Assembly: GCA_012839865.1 (NCBI GenBank)
Contig: DUMO01000064.1
Span: 49,374 to 69,373, forward strand
DNA: 20,000 nucleotides
From: Clostridiaceae bacterium
GTDB lineage: Bacteria; Bacillota; Clostridia; CAYPLH01; DUMO01
Reading direction: 5' to 3'
This document shows positions 7,535 to 16,286 of the stretch, piece after piece. Numbering within the stretch: the stretch's first letter is position 1; each line of letters opens with the position of its first letter. Under the pieces are notes generated by a model, which saw only the letters and a list, made by a program, of their open reading frames with translations, was not told the origin of the DNA and did no database searches. A program made the position numbers and the translations under genes.

Positions 7535-7697
7535 CATATTTGCAGTGTCAGTGCCGGGGTATTATTGACCCATAGGAAGTACGGTCAAAAACATTCCGGC
7601 ATTGAAGCAGTTTTCCGTCGGGAATACAACAAACGGATTTTTTAAGAAGTGCTTGAGATTATTATCATTATAATTTTAGAAAGAAGGATTGATATTT

Positions 7698-8681
7698 ATG
7701 AAAAAGGGAATCAGCATTTTGCTTATTTTTATAATGATGTTTGCATTATTAACAGCTTGCACCAAGAACACGGAACCTCAACAGAATGAAGAAGTGGAAA
7801 TCAGGATTGCAGGGCTTACAGGACCAACCACCATGGGGCTTGTACAATTACTGGACCAGGCGGACCAGGGCAAGACAACCAACAAGTATGCATTCTCACT
7901 CCATGGCTCGGCAGATGAAGTTACTCCAAAGCTGATACAGGGTGAGCTGGACATGGCTGCAATCCCCGCCAATCTTGCTTCTGTCCTGTACAATAATACA
8001 GAAGGCAAAGTAAAGCTCCTTGCTGTTAACACCCTGGGAGTCCTTTATATTGTTGAAAAGGGAGACACAGTCTCGTCCATGGAGGATTTGAAAGGCAAAA
8101 CCATCTACTGTACAGGAAAAGGTTCAGTGCCGGAATATGCGTTACGTTACCTTTTAAATGAAAACGGTATCAATCCGGACAACGACGTTGCCCTTGAGTG
8201 GAAGTCTGAGCCTGCGGAAGTTGTGGCTTTGCTGTCACAGGCAGACAGCGGTGTTGCTATGCTTCCCCAGCCATATGTCACTGTCGCAAAATCAAAGGTT
8301 CAAAATTTGCGCATAGCCATAAATCTCAACAATGAATGGGAAAAACTTGACAACGGCAGTCTGATGATTACAGGTGTCATTGTGGTCAGAAGTGATTTTG
8401 CAGCAAAATATCCGGAGCAAATCAAGAATTTTTTGGATGATTACAAAAAATCAATCGAATATATCAATTTGAATATAGAAGAAGGTGCTGCCCTCGTTGA
8501 AAAATATAATATTGTAAATGCAGCGGTGGCTAAGGAAGCCATACCATATTGCAACATAACCTATATGGATGGAACTGATATGAAAACTGCAATGGAGGGG
8601 TATCTGAATGTCCTATATGAACAAAACCCGAAATCAGTCGGAGGAAAGCTGCCCGGGGAGGACTTCTACTACAAAGAGTAA
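7698..8681 (+). CDS. ABC transporter substrate-binding lipoprotein, SsuA/TauA/NMT1-like
   Basis: Lipobox LTAC; GPTTMG, D.AAIPANLASVLYN, NTLGVLY and LPQPYVT motifs; start inferred from RBS. Confidence 0.85.
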   Translation: MKKGISILLIFIMMFALLTACTKNTEPQQNEEVEIRIAGLTGPTTMGLVQLLDQADQGKTTNKYAFSLHGSADEVTPKLIQGELDMAAIPANLASVLYNNTEGKVKLLAVNTLGVLYIVEKGDTVSSMEDLKGKTIYCTGKGSVPEYALRYLLNENGINPDNDVALEWKSEPAEVVALLSQADSGVAMLPQPYVTVAKSKVQNLRIAINLNNEWEKLDNGSLMITGVIVVRSDFAAKYPEQIKNFLDDYKKSIEYINLNIEEGAALVEKYNIVNAAVAKEAIPYCNITYMDGTDMKTAMEGYLNVLYEQNPKSVGGKLPGEDFYYKE

Positions 8682-9432
8682 AAAAACAGGCAAAATCGCA
8701 GCAATTATACTAGCCATTGCAGTGTGGCAAGCAGGAGCAATGATTATCGGAAACTCATTGCTCCTGGCCGCCCCATTGACGGTTGCCCGAAGGCTCATTG
8801 AACTTGGCGCCGGTATTGACTTCTGGAAAGCCATAGGATTTTCCTTTGTACGGATTGTATCCGGATTTTTGCTGGCTTTGGCGGCAGGAATTGCTCTTGC
8901 TGTTGCTGCAGGCCGCTTCAGGTTCCTGGAAGAAATCTTTTACCCTTACATAATGACTGTCAAATCAACACCGGTGGCTTCCTTCATTGTTTTGTGCCTT
9001 ATATGGCTCAATTCAAAAAGTTTATCCGTCTTTATAGCTTTTCTGATAGTTTTGCCAATTGTTTATACTAATGTTTTACAAGGCATTAGCAGCACCGACC
9101 GCAAGCTTTTGGAGATGGCAGACCTTTTCAGGGTGAAATGGTGGCGAAGGCTGCTCTATATATACATCCCGCAGATAACGCCATACTTAATATCAGCTTG
9201 CAGCGTATCAATCGGAATGTCCTTTAAAGCAGGCATAGCCGCTGAATTGATCGGGATACCGTCAGGTTCCATTGGCGAGAGGCTCTATGAAGCAAAAGTT
9301 TATCTTGACACCGGGGACCTCTTTGCATGGTCCCTTGTAATAATTACCATAAGCGTTCTCTTTGAGAAGCTTTTTATATATGTTTCAAAACTTATTTTAA
9401 AATCCGGAGGGAAAACAAAAGTTGAACATTAA
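8608..9432 (+). CDS. ABC transporter permease, SsuC/TauC-like
   Basis: Hydrophobic helices; STPVASF, LLEMA..F EAA loop, KAGIAAELIG...SIG; GGAGGGG RBS 7 nt before ATG 8608, inside the upstream gene. Confidence 0.88.
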   Translation: MSYMNKTRNQSEESCPGRTSTTKSKKTGKIAAIILAIAVWQAGAMIIGNSLLLAAPLTVARRLIELGAGIDFWKAIGFSFVRIVSGFLLALAAGIALAVAAGRFRFLEEIFYPYIMTVKSTPVASFIVLCLIWLNSKSLSVFIAFLIVLPIVYTNVLQGISSTDRKLLEMADLFRVKWWRRLLYIYIPQITPYLISACSVSIGMSFKAGIAAELIGIPSGSIGERLYEAKVYLDTGDLFAWSLVIITISVLFEKLFIYVSKLILKSGGKTKVEH

Positions 9433-10006
9433 AATAGACAAAATCTCAAAGAGTTTTGGAGATAAAAAAGTATTGGTGAATTTTTCAGCCGTGCTGTATG
9501 AAAACCAGTTTAACTGCATCATGGGTCCCTCCGGCTGTGGGAAAACCACGCTTTTAAATATTCTTATGGGGTTCCTCTCCCCCGACAGCGGAACGGTAAC
9601 CGGTGTCCCCGAAATCAAAAGCGCTGTATTCCAGGAGGACCGCCTGTGTGAGCAGTTTAGCGCAGTTTCAAATATACGGATGGTGATATCAAAAAAAGTT
9701 GATACGGATGACATAATAAAACATCTGAACAATGTAGGCATCGGCAACAACAGCATATATTTGCCTGTGTGCGAATTGAGCGGTGGCATGCGCCGCAGGG
9801 TGGCAATAGTACGGGCTGTTATGGCCGAAAGCGGGATTATTTTTCTGGACGAGCCCTTCAAGGGTCTGGATGAGGAGACCAAAACCACTGTAATAAAGTA
9901 CGTAAAAGAACATGCAAAGGGCAAAACCTTGGTTCTGGTAACCCACAATATAGATGAAGCAAGGAACTTCAGCGGAAATATAATACAAATGGCTATTTAC
10001 CAATAA
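9422..10006 (+). CDS. ABC transporter ATP-binding protein, SsuB/TauB-like
   Basis: GPSGCGKTT, FQEDRL, LSGGMRRR, FLDEPF, VTH; TTG start overlapping the permease stop. Confidence 0.9.
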   Translation: MNIKIDKISKSFGDKKVLVNFSAVLYENQFNCIMGPSGCGKTTLLNILMGFLSPDSGTVTGVPEIKSAVFQEDRLCEQFSAVSNIRMVISKKVDTDDIIKHLNNVGIGNNSIYLPVCELSGGMRRRVAIVRAVMAESGIIFLDEPFKGLDEETKTTVIKYVKEHAKGKTLVLVTHNIDEARNFSGNIIQMAIYQ

Positions 10007-10022
10007 AGGAGATTCAAAAACA

Positions 10023-10290
10023 TGTTGGCAAGTTTCTGGCCAAAACTAGAAAAACCAACAGGTGGTTATGATGTACCAGCCGGTCAATCAACGCACCTGT
10101 CAGTTTTTCGTTATAGAAAATACCGTTACATTTACTAAATTCCAGGTTTGTTGTAATTACCACTCTCCTTTTTCATATCATTCTAAATTACCTGAAACAA
10201 AAGCTTTGAGCCATTTTTTTCAAAGGGGACATATCCCCATTCGTCACATATTAACAAATCTTTTTCCTCACTGTTTCATAAAGCGTTGGA
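10023..10290 (-). mobile_element. istB: degenerate IS21-family remnant (istB C-terminal fragment)
   Basis: Minus-strand translation DLLICDEWGYVPFEKNGSKLLFQVI*, frameshift, then VVITTNLEFSKCNGIFYNEKLTGALIDRLVHHNHLLVF matches IstB Walker B and C-terminus; TG-starting segment at 10023-10047 may be a terminal IR. Confidence 0.8.
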
Positions 10291-10304
10291 ATTAGCTTAT
10301 TATG

Positions 10305-11279
10305 CTACCTGCTAATTATCTCTGCATATACCAGTGTTTGGTTAAGTAATTGGTAAGCTACTTCTCCAAAAGTTACCGGGCCTGCAAATGGAGGTGTCGC
10401 TTTACCGTCAAGCTCACCATAAAGGTAATTAAGAATACAGTTACATGAAAAAATTGGGTTGACATTCTTTATCCCTTGCAATTTTTCCTTAAAGCTTGCA
10501 GCATAATTACTGACTGGGCACGCAAAACGATATTCCTTTCCTGCAAATACAGGAGCATAAAACTCTACCGTTTTGTTTTCTTCAGATACTGATTTAATTG
10601 ACACATTTACCGGTACGCTATTGTAATCAGCAACCAAAGGTAATTGGGTATCAATTTTATTATCGGATATGTAATCTGATAATACTACTTCTTTTCCATT
10701 AACAAGACAATTCTTTACCGATAGAGCATCCTCAGTAAATTCAATTTTTATATCATTCTCATTAGCATTAAAAATATTTACAATACCAAAGGAAGCTATT
10801 TTATCATCTGGTAAGCATATGTGTAATGCAACTGCTTTGTCACCATAGGATAAGCCATTAACACCATCATAAACTCTCGCAAACGAACCTGTTGAGAGGT
10901 CGAAACCCGAAATCCAGCCAATGATTGGGTTCATAAATAAATCACTTATATTTGGAGCTTCTTTGGCATAAAATGCTGCAACATCACTTGCATAAGGCAT
11001 TATTAGGAAAGCCAATCCATTAGGATATGCATCTTTTGTTATATTAAAAATACTATTCTTGTCGTACACCACGGTTTTAAAATCAACTGCACAAGATATT
11101 TCATTGACAAATAATCTATCTTTGCTGGTAATGCCACCTTGCTCCGTAATAAAATATGGAGTGGTGCCTGCAACCCAATTGCCCTTAGGTAATTGTTTCA
11201 ACAAGGACTCATCAGCTGCAATATGTAGAATTTTACCTTCAAGAATTAATTTCGTTGTTTCATCAAGATTTACAAACAT
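10305..11279 (-). CDS. DUF6976-like (FIST-related) protein, 324 aa
   Basis: AGGAGG RBS 9 nt before ATG 11279; LPKGNWVAGTTPYF N-terminus and FSCNCILNYLY...FGEVAYQLLNQT FIST-C-like tail. Confidence 0.7.
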   Translation of the reverse strand: MFVNLDETTKLILEGKILHIAADESLLKQLPKGNWVAGTTPYFITEQGGITSKDRLFVNEISCAVDFKTVVYDKNSIFNITKDAYPNGLAFLIMPYASDVAAFYAKEAPNISDLFMNPIIGWISGFDLSTGSFARVYDGVNGLSYGDKAVALHICLPDDKIASFGIVNIFNANENDIKIEFTEDALSVKNCLVNGKEVVLSDYISDNKIDTQLPLVADYNSVPVNVSIKSVSEENKTVEFYAPVFAGKEYRFACPVSNYAASFKEKLQGIKNVNPIFSCNCILNYLYGELDGKATPPFAGPVTFGEVAYQLLNQTLVYAEIISR

Positions 11280-11292
11280 ACTCTTCAACCTC

Positions 11293-11537
11293 CTATAACT
11301 TCTTTATTTCTTCGAGATCTTTTTCCATTATTGAAGCATATTTTTCAAAAAAGCTTTCATTTCTTGTAAGCAACTTTCAAGTTCTGCCGGTGACTGATTA
11401 GCTGAGTATTTTCTCTGTAACCTGGCTATTAACAGGTTTAAGCCCAGGATAGCTGATTCGTGCTTTGCCTGCTTCTTAATTAGTTTCTCAAACTTTAATT
11501 CCAATTCTTTCACAAATATCTGCTCTCCTCTCTTCAC
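11293..11537 (-). pseudogene. small helical protein gene with an apparent frameshift at a T6 run (69 aa as read, 81 aa if corrected)
   Basis: Adding one T at the T6 run (A6 at 11347-11352) extends the ORF by FEKYASIMEKDLEEIKKL to a TAG overlapping the RBS of the DUF6976-like gene. Confidence 0.55.
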
Positions 11538-11690
11538 TTGTTTGGTGTGATTCTAACCATAATCGTTACTCTGACCTTGTAGCAAAATCCGACATACTAC
11601 TTTTTAATAATATAATATTTTCCTTTATTCGCTATGATAATCATATACCTATTATAAGCACCTGGCAATATGTTTAAGCTGCATACTTTC

Positions 11691-11837
11691 TTATTGGCAA
11701 GGTCGTGGCAGGATATCCTGAATATGCCCGAGGGGGATCGAAGTAATTCTAGTCTGCTTCAATGTCTGAACAGTAACAAGAATATTACAGGCAGGAATCG
11801 AATTTATGGATTTTTGTATGCGCTCATAGTAGTTCAT
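11691..11837 (-). pseudogene. 5' stub of a probable AraC-family regulator (MNYYERIQKSI..., 48-aa ORF)
   Basis: AAGGAG RBS 9 nt before ATG; the first ~11 residues match typical clostridial AraC N-termini, then similarity is lost. Confidence 0.4.
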
Positions 11838-11930
11838 TTCGGAGTACTCCTTGAATATTTATTTTAAAAACAAGAAAATAATACCATTAACAAACTATTA
11901 ATGTACGACTTTTTCTCCAAAAGTTTAAGT

Positions 11931-13256
11931 TTACGGGGTCACCCGGTTTATATCTCTTGGAAATAAGCACGCATTTCGTATATTAGGAAGTCCCAGAAGC
12001 TTCATGGTCAACCGCTCCAGTCCCGCCCCCAACCCTCCATGGGGTGGCATGCCATATTTGTGTATCATCAGGTATGATTCAAATTCTTCAGGATTCATAC
12101 CTCGTCTGAGCATCTTATCAACCTGCTCATTATAGTCATGAATACGCTGCCCTCCGGTAGTTACCTCAAGTCCGTTATATAAAAGGTCGAAGCTGAGGGT
12201 GAAATTCGGGTCCTCCCTGTCATCCATGGCATAAAATGGCCTTTTTGATGAGGGGTAATGGGTTACAAATATAAAGTCGCTGCCATACTTCTTTTTTGCA
12301 TACTCACAAAGCAGTTGTTCTTCTTCCGGTTCGAAATCTTCATAATCAGTAATTCTCCTGTTAAATTCAGCGGCAATAATGCTCTTGGCATCCATAAATT
12401 TTATTGCAGGGATTGCTTCAATCCTGGGAACTGTGGCGTTCAACAGCTTCAATTCATAGCTGTATTCCAACTCCAGCAAACTGAATATATACTTTAAAAC
12501 TCCGACTTCCATCTGCATTATATCGGTGAAGTCATTTATGAAACCCATCTCGAAATCCATGCTGACATATTCATTAAGGTGCCGGCAGGTATCATGCTTT
12601 TCTGCCCTGTACACAGGTGCTACCTCAAACACCCTTTCAAACACCCCTACCATCATTTGTTTGTAAAATTGCGGGCTTTGAGCCAGGTATACCTGCTTGC
12701 CAAAATAATCCAATTTGAATATGTTGGCTCCTCCCTCTGCACCTGCAAAGACTATTTTCGGAGTTCGGATTTCAGTGAAATTTTGCTTGAGAAGGTACTC
12801 ACGAAAGCCCCTTGCTATACCTTCCTGTATCTTAAAAATGGCTCTTTCGCGTGGATTTCTGAGGGATATAGGCCGGTACGCCAGGTTTGTGTCAAGGGAG
12901 ATGTCAAGTTGCTTTCTGTTAATTACTATTGGCAGGTTTTCCACTGGCCTTGACAACACTTTAATGTTTATAATGTGGACCTCTGCTCCATAAGCGACCC
13001 TGGAATCAAGTACCACCTCACCTTCTACGATAACACAACTGCCTTCGACAATAGAGTCCAAATCAAATTGAGCCTTGTCCCGTGTGTACACACATTGCAT
13101 CAATTCTCTTCCGGTCCGCAGGATTACAAAGGAAAATCCACTCATCTCTCTTATCCTGTGTATTATCCCGCTGATTTTTATTGTTTTGCCCGCATATTGA
13201 TGCAATCCGGACAACTCAATTGCCGATTTATTCTGCATTTCGGTAATATACTCCAT
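11931..13256 (-). CDS. aspS: aspartyl-tRNA synthetase, short archaeal-like (probably non-discriminating Asp/Asn) type, 441 aa
   Basis: OB-fold N-terminus; LAQSPQFYKQ, motif 2 YRAEKHDT.RHLNEY, motif 3 PPHGGLGAGLERL, LFPRD; lacks the GAD insertion; Asp T-box upstream. Confidence 0.93.
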   Translation of the reverse strand: MEYITEMQNKSAIELSGLHQYAGKTIKISGIIHRIREMSGFSFVILRTGRELMQCVYTRDKAQFDLDSIVEGSCVIVEGEVVLDSRVAYGAEVHIINIKVLSRPVENLPIVINRKQLDISLDTNLAYRPISLRNPRERAIFKIQEGIARGFREYLLKQNFTEIRTPKIVFAGAEGGANIFKLDYFGKQVYLAQSPQFYKQMMVGVFERVFEVAPVYRAEKHDTCRHLNEYVSMDFEMGFINDFTDIMQMEVGVLKYIFSLLELEYSYELKLLNATVPRIEAIPAIKFMDAKSIIAAEFNRRITDYEDFEPEEEQLLCEYAKKKYGSDFIFVTHYPSSKRPFYAMDDREDPNFTLSFDLLYNGLEVTTGGQRIHDYNEQVDKMLRRGMNPEEFESYLMIHKYGMPPHGGLGAGLERLTMKLLGLPNIRNACLFPRDINRVTP

Positions 13257-13305
13257 AACAATCCACCTTTCATTGCGATAATATTTATAAGAAGCACACC
13301 ATAAT

Positions 13306-13538
13306 AAAAAAAGCCTCCCATCTCAGAATTGCTTCCGGGACGAGAGGCTTGTTCACGTGGTGCCACCCAGATTAAATGCTGCATTTGCCGATATAACTCC
13401 GGTATCATGAAACATTCATCTCAAAGTATCTAACGCATACCTGCGGGTCAGCTTACTCACATTGCCATGTTTTCCTCCGACCAACTCCGAGGTGTCTTTC
13501 TCTTGCCCGTTCCCGAAAGCACTTTCAGCATACGTGCT
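13306..13538 (-). promoter_or_regulatory. T-box riboswitch (Asp, GAC specifier), 5' half of stem I missing
   Basis: T-box AATCTGGGTGGCACCACG (13356-13373); 12-bp terminator (13311-13350) plus U-tract; stem II GGTCGG/CTGACC with GAA/AGUA S-turn; stem IIA CGCA/TGCG; specifier GAC at 13494-13496; apical AGCAC-GTATGCTGAAA-GTGCT. Confidence 0.88.
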
Positions 13539-14652
13539 AAGAGACATGACATCGGAGCATGGTGCATTTTTCTCCGCAGAGGATGCCGATTCCGAAGGTG
13601 TGGAAGGAAAATTCTACGTATGGAGGCCGGAAGAAGTAAAAAATGTATTAGGCAATGAGGACGGGGAGCTGTTCTGCAAAACCTATGATATCAACCACAA
13701 GGAGAATTTTGAAGGAGCAAGCATTCCCAACCTTATTGATTCTTCAATTGACGAGTCAAAAAAGGATTTCTTTGCAAACTGCAGGAAAAAGCTTTTCATG
13801 CACCGGGAAAAAAGGATACACCCCCATAAAGATGATAAAATTCTGACTGCCTGGAACGGCTTGATGATTGCAGCTTTGGCCACTGGCGGAAGAGTGCTGA
13901 AATGCAATGAATACACAGAAGCCGCAAAAAAGGCGGCAGCTTTTATATTAAAAAACCTGGTCGATGAAAACGGTCGCCTCCTTGCCCGCTACAGGGATGG
14001 TGATGCTGCCTGCAAGGCATATATTGATGATTATGCATTTTTAGCATGGGGACTTATAGAACTGTACCAGGCGACTTTTGAGCCGGAGTACCTGGAAAAG
14101 GCACTCAAGTTAACCGAGGATTCAATCAATCTTTTCTGGGACCATACAGGCAAGGGATTTTTCCTTTACGGAAACGACAGCGAGGAACTTATCATACGGC
14201 CTAAGGAAATTTATGACGGAGCCATGCCTTCAGGAAATTCCGTCAGTGCAATGAATCTTATAAAACTTGCCAGGCTGACTGGAAAATATAATTTGGAAGA
14301 GTATGCAGAGGATATCTTCAAGGCATTTTCCGGATCAATTTCACTTGCACCGGCAAGTCATTCTTTTGCGCTTTGTGCCTATATGTTTATGAGACACCCG
14401 GCAAAAGAACTGGTTATTGCCGGAACTAAAGACAAGCATGATACGGAAACCATGATCGATGCAATCCGTGAAGGATACAAACCTTTTAACAACTCACTTT
14501 ACTACTCGCAAATGTACCCGGAACTTGTGAAGCTGGTTCCCTTTATAGAAAATTACAAGCCAATCGATGGAAAAACTACGGTGTATATATGCGAAAATTT
14601 CGCCTGCATGGCTCCAATCACAGACCCGGATATCCTAAGACAACAGCTTTAA
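13531..14652 (+). pseudogene. 5'-truncated YyaL/SPATA20-like thioredoxin-domain protein (alpha/alpha barrel part only)
   Basis: Similarity begins abruptly at YVLRDMT...SAEDADSEG.EGKFYVW; DDKILTAWNGLM, DDYAF, IYDGAMPSGNS and YICENFAC present; N-terminal thioredoxin-like domain, start and RBS absent. Confidence 0.85.
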
Positions 14653-14873
14653 CATGGCCTTCTGTTTGAATCCAGGCACCACAGGACACATCCTTGACAA
14701 TTAACATTTTGATTGGGTATATATATGCATTATTGCTCTTATTCCTCCACTGATACTGCATCATATTATCATTGTTCATGAATTGACTGCACAAATAGAC
14801 AAATTGTAGCATATTGGTTCCTGACTTACCAAATATTTCTTGACAACAATAGTTTTTGCTGTAAACTATTAGT

Positions 14874-14891
14874 AGATTACAATCGTAATCT
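14874..14891. promoter_or_regulatory. palindromic site AGATTAC-N4-GTAATCT, putative operator
   Basis: Perfect 7-4-7 inverted repeat just downstream of TTGACA (14840-14845), 16 bp, TAAACT (14862-14867). Confidence 0.4.
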
Positions 14892-15001
14892 TAAATAATT
14901 GTTATTAACATTAAAACTTCTCTTGCAAGGGGGACTCGCATTAGAGCTGATTAAAACAACAACCTGCTGATTTAATGGATTTTGCCAGATTTCAAGCATG
15001 A

Positions 15002-15031
15002 TTGCAAGCCTGATTCATCATATGCTATAAT
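15002..15031 (+). promoter_or_regulatory. sigma-A promoter with extended -10 for the aldo/keto reductase
   Basis: TTGCAA, 18 bp including TG, TATAAT. Confidence 0.6.
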
Positions 15032-15084
15032 GTTTAAATAATAATTCATTTTATTAATTTGTTTAAACATAAGGAGCATTCAAT

Positions 15085-16101
15085 ATGGATACAATACGGC
15101 TTGGACGTACCGGACTTATAGTCAGCAGAAGCGGCTTTGGCGCACTTCCAATTCAAAGAATCAGCTTTGAGGAATCAAAAAAAATACTCCGGAAAGCCTA
15201 TGAAAACGGTATTAATTTTTTTGATACAGCCCGGGGATACACCGACAGTGAGGAGAAAATCGGATATGCACTTGGCAGCGTCCGTAAGGATATTATAATT
15301 GCCACAAAAAGTCCTGCAAAAACAAAGGAAGGTTTATTTTCAAATGTGAAGGAGAGCCTTAAGAATTTAAAAACCGATTATATTGACATACTGCAGTTTC
15401 ATAATCCCTCCTTCGTACCCAAACCGGGAGATGAATTATTTGATGCCATGTTATCCTTAAAAGAAAATGGAACAGTCCGTTTTATAGGAATTACAAACCA
15501 TGGCCTTGACAGGGCATTGGAAGCTGCCAGGTCAGGGCTTTATGATACCATTCAGTTTCCTTTGAGCGCTCTTTCATCTGAAAATGAGCTTAAGTTGATT
15601 GATGAATGCAAGAAATACGATCTGGGATTAATAGCCATGAAAGCCCTTTCCGGGGGACTTATAAGGAATGTGCCTGCAGCCTTTGCTTTCTTAAGGCAAT
15701 ATGATAATCTTGTTCCTATTTGGGGTATTCAGAGAGAATCAGAGCTGGACCAGTTTCTTGCCCTGGAAAAAGCTCCCCCTGCTCTTGATGAAAAAATGTG
15801 GGAAGCCATAGAACTTGAAAGAAAGGAGCTAGCATCAAACTTCTGCCGGGGATGCGGGTATTGTCTCCCTTGTCCTGCAAAAATCCCCATACCTACTGCC
15901 GCAAGAATGTCCCTTTTAATGACACGTTCTCCCGTTGAACCGTTTATTACAAAGGAATGGAAGGAAAACATGGACCGCATAAGTGACTGCATAAATTGCG
16001 GACACTGCAAAAATCACTGTCCATATGGCCTTGATACTCCTGCATTATTGAAAGCAGCGCAGAAATGGTATAAGGATTTTTGTAAACAATTTACGCAGTA
16101 A
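15085..16101 (+). CDS. aldo/keto reductase with C-terminal 4Fe-4S dicluster domain
   Basis: GINFFDTARGY, IATKS, LKTDYIDILQFH, GLIAMK AKR motifs; CRGCGYCLPCP and CINCGHCKNHCP. Confidence 0.92.
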   Translation: MDTIRLGRTGLIVSRSGFGALPIQRISFEESKKILRKAYENGINFFDTARGYTDSEEKIGYALGSVRKDIIIATKSPAKTKEGLFSNVKESLKNLKTDYIDILQFHNPSFVPKPGDELFDAMLSLKENGTVRFIGITNHGLDRALEAARSGLYDTIQFPLSALSSENELKLIDECKKYDLGLIAMKALSGGLIRNVPAAFAFLRQYDNLVPIWGIQRESELDQFLALEKAPPALDEKMWEAIELERKELASNFCRGCGYCLPCPAKIPIPTAARMSLLMTRSPVEPFITKEWKENMDRISDCINCGHCKNHCPYGLDTPALLKAAQKWYKDFCKQFTQ

Positions 16102-16286
16102 CATTCTCATCTAAATGAATTGAGGAGCTTCCCTGTGGAAGTTCGGTGGTTTCTATCTCCAGTGGAAGAGTTTTGAGGAGCATTCTTCATAGTCTTTCGT
16201 AAAATGAACCAGGCAGTGTTTATTGCCATAAAGGCAAAACAACGGTGGAAATTACCATATTTAAAGAAGAGACAAGGAGGATTATT

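Noticed and set aside
11720..11810. tRNA-like TTCGATTCC/TTCGATCC words on the minus strand
   Set aside because: No T-stem pairing or cloverleaf.
13462..13530. ORF-track N-terminus of the YyaL-like protein (MPCFPPT...)
   Set aside because: It is the antisense reading of the T-box; no RBS and no family similarity before 13531.
14705..14750. Minus-strand mini-ORF MHIYTQSKC after GGAGG
   Set aside because: Nine codons with 13-nt SD spacing; indistinguishable from chance.
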